A DNA stretch of 29,447 bases, from the NCBI GenBank assembly GCA_036336835.1, contig JAYZFK010000059.1, positions 1-29,447 of the forward strand. Direction: 5' to 3'. Below are positions 17,427 through 25,438 of this stretch, piece after piece; positions within the stretch are counted from its first letter, which is position 1; each line of letters starts with the position of its first letter. The notes under the pieces are model-generated. The model searched no databases and was not told the origin of the DNA. It saw only the letters and a list, made by a program, of their open reading frames with translations. The translations under genes were made by a program, and so were the position numbers. The DNA is from Myxococcota bacterium. GTDB taxonomy: Bacteria > Myxococcota_A > UBA9160 > UBA4427.

Positions 17427-17480
17427 GCCACCTGGAGCGCGACCTCCGCGGTCCGACCGTCTGCCCTGGAGCTGGGTCGC

Positions 17481-18146
17481 TCAGGTTGGGCTCCACGGAG
17501 TGCCCCACAGCTGCTGCGCGATCACGGCGAGGCCGATCGCAACGGCGAAGGGAAGTCCGCGGCGGGCCACGCTGCCCGCCTCGGCCGGGAGGTAGGTGAA
17601 GCGCCGAGTGGCGGCGCTGAGCACGAACGAGGCGATCCATCTGCGCGCCAGATCCCGAGCGCCTCCGGCGGCAACGATCCACGCGAGACCGAGGGCGCTC
17701 CCGATGCCGAGCATCCAGACCAGCAGCGGAGCGAGGATATGGGGTCCCCAGAGAGCACCGAGAACCATCACTGCCTTCACGTCGCCGGCGCCGAGCCAGC
17801 GCACCGCGAAGGGGATGAAGAGCAGGCAGAAGGCCAGGCCGAGGCCGAGGAGTCCCTGCTGGAGGCCGAGCAGGCCGAGGTCCGCTGTCTGGAGCCCGAG
17901 CGCTCCGAGCATGGCGGGGGCGGTGAGCCAGTTGGGGATCCGCAGCAGCTGCACATCCTGCTGGGCAGCAAGGCAGAGGAAGAGCGTCGCCCAGGGTAGG
18001 GCGGGCAGGGACCAGGCCTGTCCGGAGTAGACGAGGCCGCCGCCGATCGCGCAGGCCACGGCCAGCGAGTAGGGCGTGCGCCCAGCATCCCGTCTGGCAT
18101 CGAGGCGAAGGGCGACCCGGGTCAGCGGAGTGGAGGTGGCGATCAA
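17481..18146 (-). CDS. cpaA: Flp/Tad prepilin peptidase (A24, CpaA/TadV)
   Basis: Multi-TM protein with D....RIPNWL, LGAGDVK and C-terminal GLPFAVAI motifs; lies directly downstream of flp. Confidence 0.88.
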   Translation of the reverse strand: MIATSTPLTRVALRLDARRDAGRTPYSLAVACAIGGGLVYSGQAWSLPALPWATLFLCLAAQQDVQLLRIPNWLTAPAMLGALGLQTADLGLLGLQQGLLGLGLAFCLLFIPFAVRWLGAGDVKAVMVLGALWGPHILAPLLVWMLGIGSALGLAWIVAAGGARDLARRWIASFVLSAATRRFTYLPAEAGSVARRGLPFAVAIGLAVIAQQLWGTPWSPT

Positions 18147-18178
18147 ACCCAGGGACTCCGCTGGACGGCCGGGGTGGG

Positions 18179-18352
18179 CTAGCAGGTGCTCGTCGACACG
18201 CAGCTTTCGATGCGGCCGAGAGCGGTGTCGACCGCGGTGCCGAGGTCACCCCAGAACAGAGTGGCGGCGAGCGCAAAGACTACGCCCACGATCGCCCATT
18301 CGATCATCTCCATGCCGTCATCCTCATGGACGAAGCGCTTCAACAAGTCCAT
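18179..18352 (-). CDS. flp: Flp-type (type IVc/Tad) pilin, 57 aa
   Basis: Manually translated; not in the ORF track: MDLLKRFVHEDDG|MEMIEWAIVGVVFALAATLFWGDLGTAVDTALGRIESCVSTSTC. It has a class III leader, Gly at -1, Glu at +5 and a hydrophobic helix. SD GAGGAG; adjacent to cpaA. Confidence 0.9.
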   Translation of the reverse strand: MDLLKRFVHEDDGMEMIEWAIVGVVFALAATLFWGDLGTAVDTALGRIESCVSTSTC

Positions 18353-18402
18353 GTCGTCGTCTCCTCGAGGCCGGTTCGTTCCGGCGGGGTTGTAAAATTG
18401 AA

Positions 18403-18418
18403 CGCAAGCGCTGTGCCA
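18403..18418 (-). promoter_or_regulatory. Sigma-54 (-24/-12) promoter for flp-cpaA
   Basis: The minus strand reads TGGCAC-AGCGC-TTGCG, matching TGGCAC-N5-TTGC, followed by an AT-rich stretch, about 50 nt upstream of the flp ATG. Confidence 0.8.
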
Positions 18419-18651
18419 GCGGCAGTCGGGGCGTCATCGTTGTGTCCGAAACTCACAGGGATCCGGTGGCTTGGGTTCCTCGACTGCCGCCGTGACGAGA
18501 TCCGCGACGCTAGCTGGCAGCGAGACCGGGGCGAACGGCCGTCCCAGCGTCCATGAGGCGTCCACTCCACCGGTGTGCAAGGATTTGCGGCCCCGCGGGC
18601 AGCGCACGTTGAGTTTGCGGTTGCTTGCACACGGACTGCCGGAGGGTGGCG

Positions 18652-19500
18652 ATGCAGATCGGAGTGACGCTCCACGCGACCGACGAGGCCATGAATCCGG
18701 TCGAACTCGCGCGCGAGGCGGAGGCGCGAGGCTTCTACTCTCTGTACGTCCCCGAGCACACGCACATCCCGACGAGCCGCGAGACGCCGGCTCCCACGGG
18801 AACGCCCGAGCTCGGGCGCGAGTACCTGCGCACGCTCGATCCCTACATCGCGCTCGCTGCAGCCGGGGCGGTCACGGAGCGCATCCTGCTCGGGACCGGC
18901 ATCGGGCTCGTTGCGCAACACGATCCGATCACGTTCGCGAAGCAGATTGCGACGCTGGACCGGCTGTGCGACGGGCGCTTCGTGTTCGGGATCGGTTACG
19001 GCTGGAACCGAGAGGAGATGCGCAACCACGGGATCGAGTACCGAACGCGACGCAGCGTCGTCCGGGAGCGCCTGCTGGCGATGCAGGCCCTGTGGTCGCA
19101 GGAAAGAGCCTCATATCGTGGAGAGCACCTGAGCTTCGACGAGTGCTGGTCCTGGCCCAAGCCGGTTCAGCAGCCGCGGCCGCGCACCTTGATCGGCGGG
19201 GCGCCCGGGGCGAAGCTGTTCGCCGCGATCGCAGAGCTCGCGGACGGATGGATGCCGATCGGAGGCGCCGGCATGAAGGCGGCGCTCGCTGGGCTGCGGG
19301 CCGCCTTCGGGGAGGCGGGCCGCGATCCGAGCGGACTGCACGTCGTGCCGTTCGGGGTTCTCCCAGAGGCCGGCAAGCTCGACTACTACCGGGAGCTGGG
19401 CGTCAGCGAGGCGGTCCTGCGGCTCCCAACAGCGGATCGCGATGCGGTACTGCCCGTGCTCGACGACTACGTGTCCTGGCTCGAGCGCTACCGCGTGTAG
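18652..19500 (+). CDS. LLM-class oxidoreductase, probably F420-dependent
   Basis: GFYSLYVPEHTHIP, DPYIALAA, LGTGI, AKQIATLD...GRF.FGIGYGWNREE and PKPVQ. ATG 18652 follows SD GGAGG. Confidence 0.88.
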   Translation: MQIGVTLHATDEAMNPVELAREAEARGFYSLYVPEHTHIPTSRETPAPTGTPELGREYLRTLDPYIALAAAGAVTERILLGTGIGLVAQHDPITFAKQIATLDRLCDGRFVFGIGYGWNREEMRNHGIEYRTRRSVVRERLLAMQALWSQERASYRGEHLSFDECWSWPKPVQQPRPRTLIGGAPGAKLFAAIAELADGWMPIGGAGMKAALAGLRAAFGEAGRDPSGLHVVPFGVLPEAGKLDYYRELGVSEAVLRLPTADRDAVLPVLDDYVSWLERYRV

Positions 19501-19506
19501 TCGGGG

Positions 19507-20427
19507 TCAACGGACCTTCCCGAGCACCTCGTCGCCGAATCGGCGAGCCCAGTCGCAGTACTCTGCGCGGCTGCCCACTGGCGGCCCGACCGTCAGCCAG
19601 GTGACGCCGAGCTCGGCCAGCTCGTCGATTACATCCCGGAACCGGGCCACTTCGAGCGGCTCGGGGTCGTTCATGCGCATGCCGAACGGAACGAAGGCGA
19701 TATCGAGCGGCTCTACGCGGCCGACCTGCGTCGCGTAGTCGCGCAAGTAGGCGATCCGGTCGCGCAGGTCGTCGAGGCTCGTGAGAACCGCGGTGCGGAC
19801 GCGCTTTGCCATCGCGGGCGGCGTTGGGAAGGGCAGCCAGCCGTCCGCAAGGTCGACCGCTCGGCGGATCGCGCGGTGGCTGTTGCCGCCGACCCAGATC
19901 GGCGGGTGGGGCCGCTGCCGGGGCTGTGGCAGGGTGGTGATCCCGCTCGCGCGGAAGTCGCGGCCCTCGAGGTCGATCGAGCCGCCCTGCCAGATCCGCT
20001 TGATCTCGCGCAGGCGCTCGTCGGTGAGGTCGTTGCGGTTGGCGAAGTCGATTCCGAGTGCGTCGAACTCACCTTCCAGATAGCCGGCGGCGACACCCGC
20101 GATCACGCGACCGCCCGACAGCACGTCGAGGCTCGCGATGGCCTTTGCAGACAAGAAGGGATTGCGGTAGGCGACGATCAGCACATGGATCTGGAGCCGC
20201 AGACGTCGGGTCGCGGCTGCCACGAAGGACAGCGCCACGAACGGATCGAGCGTCTGGTGGCCGCCGCTGGCGAGCCACGGATCGGTCGGGGCCGGATGAT
20301 CGGTGACGTACGCCGCGTCGAAGCCAGCGCTCTCGATGCACTGGCCGATCTCGGCCAGGGACTGCGCGCTCAGGAACTCGTCGGGCGGATCGACCCGATC
20401 GGTGGGCAGCTGGATGGAGAATTTCAT
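19507..20427 (-). CDS. LLM-class oxidoreductase, probably F420-dependent
   Basis: GFDAAYVTDH, DPFVALSFVAAAT, YRNPFLSAKAIASLDVLSGGR and PPIWVGGNS. Confidence 0.88.
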   Translation of the reverse strand: MKFSIQLPTDRVDPPDEFLSAQSLAEIGQCIESAGFDAAYVTDHPAPTDPWLASGGHQTLDPFVALSFVAAATRRLRLQIHVLIVAYRNPFLSAKAIASLDVLSGGRVIAGVAAGYLEGEFDALGIDFANRNDLTDERLREIKRIWQGGSIDLEGRDFRASGITTLPQPRQRPHPPIWVGGNSHRAIRRAVDLADGWLPFPTPPAMAKRVRTAVLTSLDDLRDRIAYLRDYATQVGRVEPLDIAFVPFGMRMNDPEPLEVARFRDVIDELAELGVTWLTVGPPVGSRAEYCDWARRFGDEVLGKVR

Positions 20428-20434
20428 CCGGGCG

Positions 20435-20443
20435 AGACTACCA
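20435..20443 (-). promoter_or_regulatory. Putative extended -10 (TGG-TAGTCT) 7 nt upstream of the LLM ATG (leaderless type)
   Basis: The minus strand reads TGG TAGTCT cgcccgg ATG, with no SD. Confidence 0.5.
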
Positions 20444-20654
20444 GTGCCCGCGCGGCCTTGCGGACGAAGGGAATCCTAGACGCGGCCGGGTCGTGATTCT
20501 CCCTTACAGGCAAACGGTTGGCAGGCGCGCAGCGCGTGCGTATGCTGTGCGCGCCGTGGCAGCAGCCACGCTGGATCGAACGGGTCGGTCCCCCGTAGTC
20601 ACCCCTGTCGGCGCGATCGTTCCACTCCCTGTACGAGCGCGGGAGTCCTCCACC

Positions 20655-21854
20655 GTGGATCTGCGTTACTCCGAGAGCGACGAAAAGTTTCGAGCCGAGC
20701 TGCGCGCCTGGCTCGAACGGGAAGTGCCCGCCTACGGGCCACGGCCGGACCACGACGTCGATGACTGGGACGTGCGTCGCGCCTACGACACCGGTTGGCA
20801 GAAACGCCTGCACGCTGGGGGCTACGCCGGCATCAACTGGCCGCGTGAGTACGGCGGCTGTGATCTGCCGCTCTCCGAGCAGCTCGTCTACTACGAAGAG
20901 ATTGCACGCGCTCGGGCGCCCTACGTCGGGGTCAACTTCGTAGGAATGTTGCACGGCGGTCCGACCCTGATCGCCGAAGGCACCGAGGAGCAGAAGAAGA
21001 AGTACATCGCGCCAATCATCGATGGCGACCACGTCTGGTGCCAGGGGTTCTCGGAACCTGGGGCCGGCAGCGACCTCGCGTCGCTCCAGGCGCGCGCGGT
21101 TCGGGTTGGCGACGAGTACGTCATCAACGGCCACAAGATCTGGACGTCGTTTGCGCAGGTGGCGGACTACTGCGAGATGCTCGTGCGCACGGATGTCGAT
21201 GCCCCGAAGCACCGTGGCATCAGCTGGCTGATCCTGCCGATGGACGCGCCCGGCATCGAGATCCGGCCGCTGAAGACCATGACCGGTGACAGCGAGTTCA
21301 GTGAGGTGTTCTTCAACGATACGCCGGTGCCCGTCGAGAACCTGGTCGGCAAGGAGAACGACGGCTGGAGAGTGACCAACGTGACCCTGCGTTTCGAGCG
21401 CGGCACGGCATTCACCAGCGAGATGTACAGCCTCCAGGCCCAACTGGCCCAGCTGGTGGAGGTGGCAAAGCGAGTGACCCGGCACGACGCCAACGCCTGG
21501 GACGACCGGGCCCTGCGCCGCGAGATCGGGCACCTGAAGGCGGAGCTCGACGCGCTCTGGGCCATGCTCAAGCTGTCGGTTGCGGAGGCGGCGGGCAACG
21601 AGGGCGGGATGCCCGGCGTTGGCGCCTCGGCCGTCAAGCTCTTCTACACCGAGCTCTACCAGCGGGTCTCCGAGGTCGCCATGCGGCTGGCCGGTCGGGC
21701 TGCGCTGTCGCGCGGCGACGTCGAGGACTTTCCGAACGACGCGTTCGTCGCCAAATACATGAATTCGTTGTCGCTGACGATTGCGGCCGGAAGCTCGCAG
21801 ATCCAGCGCAACATCATCTCGGAGCGGATCCTGGGTCTGCCCCGGGAACGATAG
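20655..21854 (+). CDS. Acyl-CoA dehydrogenase (alpha-type)
   Basis: Start reassigned to GTG 20655 (MDLRYSESD) after GGGAG. WCQGFSEPGAGSDLA, NGHKIWTS, FSEVFF, TLRFER and TIAAGSSQIQRNII. Confidence 0.92.
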   Translation: MDLRYSESDEKFRAELRAWLEREVPAYGPRPDHDVDDWDVRRAYDTGWQKRLHAGGYAGINWPREYGGCDLPLSEQLVYYEEIARARAPYVGVNFVGMLHGGPTLIAEGTEEQKKKYIAPIIDGDHVWCQGFSEPGAGSDLASLQARAVRVGDEYVINGHKIWTSFAQVADYCEMLVRTDVDAPKHRGISWLILPMDAPGIEIRPLKTMTGDSEFSEVFFNDTPVPVENLVGKENDGWRVTNVTLRFERGTAFTSEMYSLQAQLAQLVEVAKRVTRHDANAWDDRALRREIGHLKAELDALWAMLKLSVAEAAGNEGGMPGVGASAVKLFYTELYQRVSEVAMRLAGRAALSRGDVEDFPNDAFVAKYMNSLSLTIAAGSSQIQRNIISERILGLPRER

Positions 21855-21871
21855 GACGGCGGGGCGGCGAC

Positions 21872-22852
21872 ATGGAATTTCGACTCAACGAGGACCAGAT
21901 CGCGCTGCGCGACGGCATTCGGGCCTTCTGCGAGGGGCGCGTACCGGATGAGCAGTTTGCCGCGCTCGAGGACCTGGGTGGCTTCGATCGCGAGCTCTGG
22001 GGAGAGCTGGCGGAGATGGGTGTGTTCGCTCTCCGGCTGCCGGAGGCAGACGGCGGGGTCGAGCTCGGCATGGCCGATGCGGTGATCGTCTTCTCCGAGC
22101 TCGGGCGCCGCCTGGTGCCCGGGCCGCTCGCGTGGTCGCACCTGGCGGCTGGTCGGATCGATGGTGCCGCGACGGGTGAGGTCGTCGTCGGGGGAATCGA
22201 TCGCGAGGACACGGGTCCGATCATGGTCGAGCACCTCGACTTCCTCGACGCGTTGATCGTGCTGTATGCCGACCGGGTCGAGCGCGTCGACCCCGAGCGA
22301 GTGAAGGGGCAGGCGATTGCGAAGCCGCTCGATCCGCTGACGCCGACGCACCACGTATCGGAGCTGCCCGCGGGTGAGGTGATCGGTGACGGCGAGCTGG
22401 CGGCGCGCATGCGGCTCGAAGGGGCGACCCTGGTGTCGGGCTTCCTGCTGGGCATCGCGGAGGCCTCGCAGGAGCTCGCGACGGAATACGCCAAGGGCCG
22501 CGAGCAGTTTGGCCGCGCGATCGGAGGCTTCCAGGCGATCAAGCACCTGCTGGCCGACTGCTTCGTGCGCCAGGAGGTGGCCCGGGCCGCCGCCTACGCC
22601 GCCGGCGCGACAGTGGATCACCCCGACGCGGGCGACCTGATCGCCACGGTCAGCGGTGCGAAGCTGAACTGCGCCGAATCTGCGATGAAGAACTGTCGCA
22701 CCTGTATCCAGGTGCACGGGGGCATGGGGTACACCTGGGAGGTGGTTGCCCACTATTACCTGAAGCGGACCTGGGTGCTGGAGAACACGTTCGGGACCAG
22801 TGACGCACACGCGGAAATCGTGGCGGAACGACTCGACGCTCAGCTCGGATAG
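21872..22852 (+). CDS. Acyl-CoA dehydrogenase (short beta-type subunit)
   Basis: REQFGRAIGGFQAIKH and IQVHGGMGYTWE...HYYLKR; 326 aa, no SEP..GSD motif. Confidence 0.9.
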   Translation: MEFRLNEDQIALRDGIRAFCEGRVPDEQFAALEDLGGFDRELWGELAEMGVFALRLPEADGGVELGMADAVIVFSELGRRLVPGPLAWSHLAAGRIDGAATGEVVVGGIDREDTGPIMVEHLDFLDALIVLYADRVERVDPERVKGQAIAKPLDPLTPTHHVSELPAGEVIGDGELAARMRLEGATLVSGFLLGIAEASQELATEYAKGREQFGRAIGGFQAIKHLLADCFVRQEVARAAAYAAGATVDHPDAGDLIATVSGAKLNCAESAMKNCRTCIQVHGGMGYTWEVVAHYYLKRTWVLENTFGTSDAHAEIVAERLDAQLG

Positions 22853-22863
22853 CGGAGGCAGGC

Positions 22864-23298
22864 ATGGCAAAGACGAAGACGCCGGCGGTCGAAGGCTGGT
22901 TCACGCTGGACGAGGCCGGTCCGGCTCTGCTCGGGACGCGTTGCGGGGGCTGCGGCACGTACTTCTTTCCGAAGGAGACCGTCGTCTGCCGCAACCCGCG
23001 TTGCTTCTCGACCGAGCTCTCCGAAGTCGAGCTCTCGCGCCGCGGGCGCGTCTGGTCGTTCACCAACAACTGCTACCCGCCTCCGGCGCCCTACGTCTCG
23101 CCGGACCCGTTCGAGCCCTACGCGATCGCTGCGGTCGAGCTCGAGCTGGAGAAGATGGTCGTGCTCGGCCAGGTGGCCGACGGGATCCCGGTCGAAGGAC
23201 TCGAGGCCGGGCTCGAGGTCGAGCTGGTGCTCGACACCTTGTTCGAGGACGACGAGAACGAGTATCTGATCTGGAAATGGCGGCCCACGGCGGTCTAG
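22864..23298 (+). CDS. DUF35 Zn-ribbon/OB-fold protein (thiolase partner)
   Basis: LLGTRCGGCG..FFP...CRNPRC, LSRRGRVWSFT and PYAIAAVEL. Confidence 0.9.
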   Translation: MAKTKTPAVEGWFTLDEAGPALLGTRCGGCGTYFFPKETVVCRNPRCFSTELSEVELSRRGRVWSFTNNCYPPPAPYVSPDPFEPYAIAAVELELEKMVVLGQVADGIPVEGLEAGLEVELVLDTLFEDDENEYLIWKWRPTAV

Positions 23299-23308
23299 GG
23301 GAGTCGGC

Positions 23309-24496
23309 ATGAGCAACGAAGTCGCGATTCTCGGTGTCGGGATGCATCCCTACGGCAAGTGGGGCCGGAGCTTCGTCGAATATGGCGTGAAGGCGGCGCA
23401 GGACGCCATCCAGGACGCCGGCATCGAGTGGACCGATGTCCAGTTCGTGGCGGGCGGCGAAACCATGCGCAACGGCTATCCGGGCTACGTGGCCGCGGCG
23501 ACCTTCGCCCAGGCGCTCGGCTGGACGGGTGCGCAGGTCACGAGCACCTACGGGGCCTGTGCCAGTGGCTCGCAGGCGATCAATGTGGCGCGTGCACAGA
23601 TCCTGTCGGGCATGTGCGAGGTCGCGCTGGTGGTCGGAGCAGACGCCGCGCCCAAGGGCTTCTTCGCGCCGCAGGGGGGGGAGCGCGGCGACGATCCCGA
23701 CTGGCTGCGCTTTCGGCTGCTCGGGGCGACGAACCCCATCTACTTCGGCCTGTACGCGCGACGCCGGATGGAGCTCTATGGCTCGACCGAGGAGGACTTT
23801 GCGCGCGTCAAGGTCAAGAACGCGAGGCACGGGCTCACCAACGAGTACGCGCGCTATCGCAAGGCCTTCACGCTCGAGGATGTGCTGGCATCGCCGATGG
23901 TGTCGGACCCGCTGCGGCTGATGCAGATCTGCGCGACCAGCGATGGCGGCGCGGCGCTCGTGCTGTGCAGCATGGAGTACGCGCGCAAACAGACGACGAA
24001 TCCGGTGACGATCGCTGCGGTCTCCACGGTGACGCCGCAGTTCCCGCAGAGCGTGATCGAGATGCCGAACTTCGCGACCGATTCTGCGGCCGGAGCCGAG
24101 ATCCCCGACACGCCGTTCAAGGACTCGATCACCAAGCAGGCCTACGAAGAGGCTGGCCTTGGACCCGAGGACATGAGCCTGGCCGAGGTCTACGATCTGT
24201 CGTCGGCGCTCGAGCTCGACTGGTACGAGAACATCGGGTTGTGCAAGCCGGGGGAGGCGGAGCGGCTGCTAAACGACGGTGACACCACGATCGGTGGGCG
24301 GGTCCCTGTCAATTCGAGCGGCGGCTTGTCGTGCTTTGGCGAAGCGGTTCCGGCCCAGGCGATTGCTCAGGTGTGTGAACTCACCTGGCAGCTGCGCGGT
24401 CAGGCTGGCGAGCGCCAGATCGAGGGCGCCCGCGCGGGCGTGACGGCCAACCAGGGCCTGTTCGGCCACGGGTCGTCGGTCATCGTCAAGCGCTGA
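23309..24496 (+). CDS. SCP2-type thiolase / lipid-transfer protein (Ltp family)
   Basis: VAILGVGMHP.GKWG, GACASG (Cys retained), ICATSDGGAA, AEVYD and VNSSGGL. Confidence 0.9.
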   Translation: MSNEVAILGVGMHPYGKWGRSFVEYGVKAAQDAIQDAGIEWTDVQFVAGGETMRNGYPGYVAAATFAQALGWTGAQVTSTYGACASGSQAINVARAQILSGMCEVALVVGADAAPKGFFAPQGGERGDDPDWLRFRLLGATNPIYFGLYARRRMELYGSTEEDFARVKVKNARHGLTNEYARYRKAFTLEDVLASPMVSDPLRLMQICATSDGGAALVLCSMEYARKQTTNPVTIAAVSTVTPQFPQSVIEMPNFATDSAAGAEIPDTPFKDSITKQAYEEAGLGPEDMSLAEVYDLSSALELDWYENIGLCKPGEAERLLNDGDTTIGGRVPVNSSGGLSCFGEAVPAQAIAQVCELTWQLRGQAGERQIEGARAGVTANQGLFGHGSSVIVKR

Positions 24497-24543
24497 CGAC
24501 CCACGAGAAATTTCGAGTAAGACTGGAGGAAGGAGCCGCAACC

Positions 24544-25434
24544 ATGGGCATTCTAGATGGAAAAGCTGCCGTAGTGACTGGGTCGGGCCGCGGAGTGGGG
24601 CGCGGCCACGTGCTCCATCTCGCCGCCAACGGCGCCAAGGTGGTCGTCAACGACATCGACGAAGACGAGGCCCAGAAGGTCGTAGACGAGGTGAAGTCCG
24701 CCGGTGGCACGGCGCTGTCGAGCGGTGCGAGCGTCGACACGCGCGAGGGCTGCAAGTCGCTGGTCGATCTGTGTGTGGCCGAGTTCGGCCGCATCGACGC
24801 CATGATCAACAATGCCGGCAACGTGCGCGACCGCTCCTTCCTGAAGATGAGCGATGAGGAATTCGACCAGGTCGTCAAGGTTCACATGTACGGGACGTTT
24901 CGCTGCGCCCAGGAAGCGGCCCGCGTCATGCGAGAGCAGGGCGAGGGCGGCTCGATCGTCAACACGATCTCCGCAGCGCACTTCGGCAACTTCGGTCAGA
25001 CGAACTACGCCGGCTCGAAGGGCGCGATCGCGACCTTCACCTACACCTGGGCGATCGAGCTCGCGCGCTACGGCATCCGTGTCAACGCAATCAGCCCGAT
25101 GGCGACGACGCGGATGTCTGCGACGGCAAAGATCGGTGGCACGCAGAGCAGCGGGCCCTTCCTCGATCCGACCGCCAACGGTCCCTTCGTCGTCTACCTC
25201 TGCAGCGACGAGGCCGACTACATCACCGGCCAGTGCTTCGGTACCGGCAGTGAGCGGGTCGAGATCGTCCAGCATCCGAAGTACGGCAACGCGATCTACA
25301 AGGAGGGTGGCTGGGACGTCGAGAGTCTGCAGCAGACGTTCAAGCGGAAGTTTTCCGCGTTTCTCGAGCCCGTCGGTCTGATGCAGGCCCAGTACCAGTT
25401 CCTCGAGAACCCAGTCGTTCCGAAGAAGGACTGA
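24544..25434 (+). CDS. SDR, MFE-2-type 3-hydroxyacyl-CoA dehydrogenase-like
   Basis: TGSGRGVG, GAKVVVND, NNAG.VRDRSF and GNFGQTNYAGSKG. Confidence 0.88.
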   Translation: MGILDGKAAVVTGSGRGVGRGHVLHLAANGAKVVVNDIDEDEAQKVVDEVKSAGGTALSSGASVDTREGCKSLVDLCVAEFGRIDAMINNAGNVRDRSFLKMSDEEFDQVVKVHMYGTFRCAQEAARVMREQGEGGSIVNTISAAHFGNFGQTNYAGSKGAIATFTYTWAIELARYGIRVNAISPMATTRMSATAKIGGTQSSGPFLDPTANGPFVVYLCSDEADYITGQCFGTGSERVEIVQHPKYGNAIYKEGGWDVESLQQTFKRKFSAFLEPVGLMQAQYQFLENPVVPKKD

Positions 25435-25438
25435 CGAG

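Noticed and set aside
17150..17480. Possible small ORF (MASGISGISG...) and 9-bp tandem repeat downstream of cpaA
   Set aside because: The ORF overlaps the ACAD start out of frame and has no motif. The repeat has under 3 copies and no spacers, so it is not CRISPR-like.
17235..18650. flp-cpaA cassette as a mobile element
   Set aside because: I saw no transposase, integrase, terminal inverted repeats or target-site duplication.
20500..20650. GGCAAAC plus a GC-rich hairpin upstream of an ACAD, as a possible c-di-GMP riboswitch
   Set aside because: I could not identify the second stem or the tetraloop/receptor of the GEMM motif. An Rfam/Infernal search would be needed to support it.
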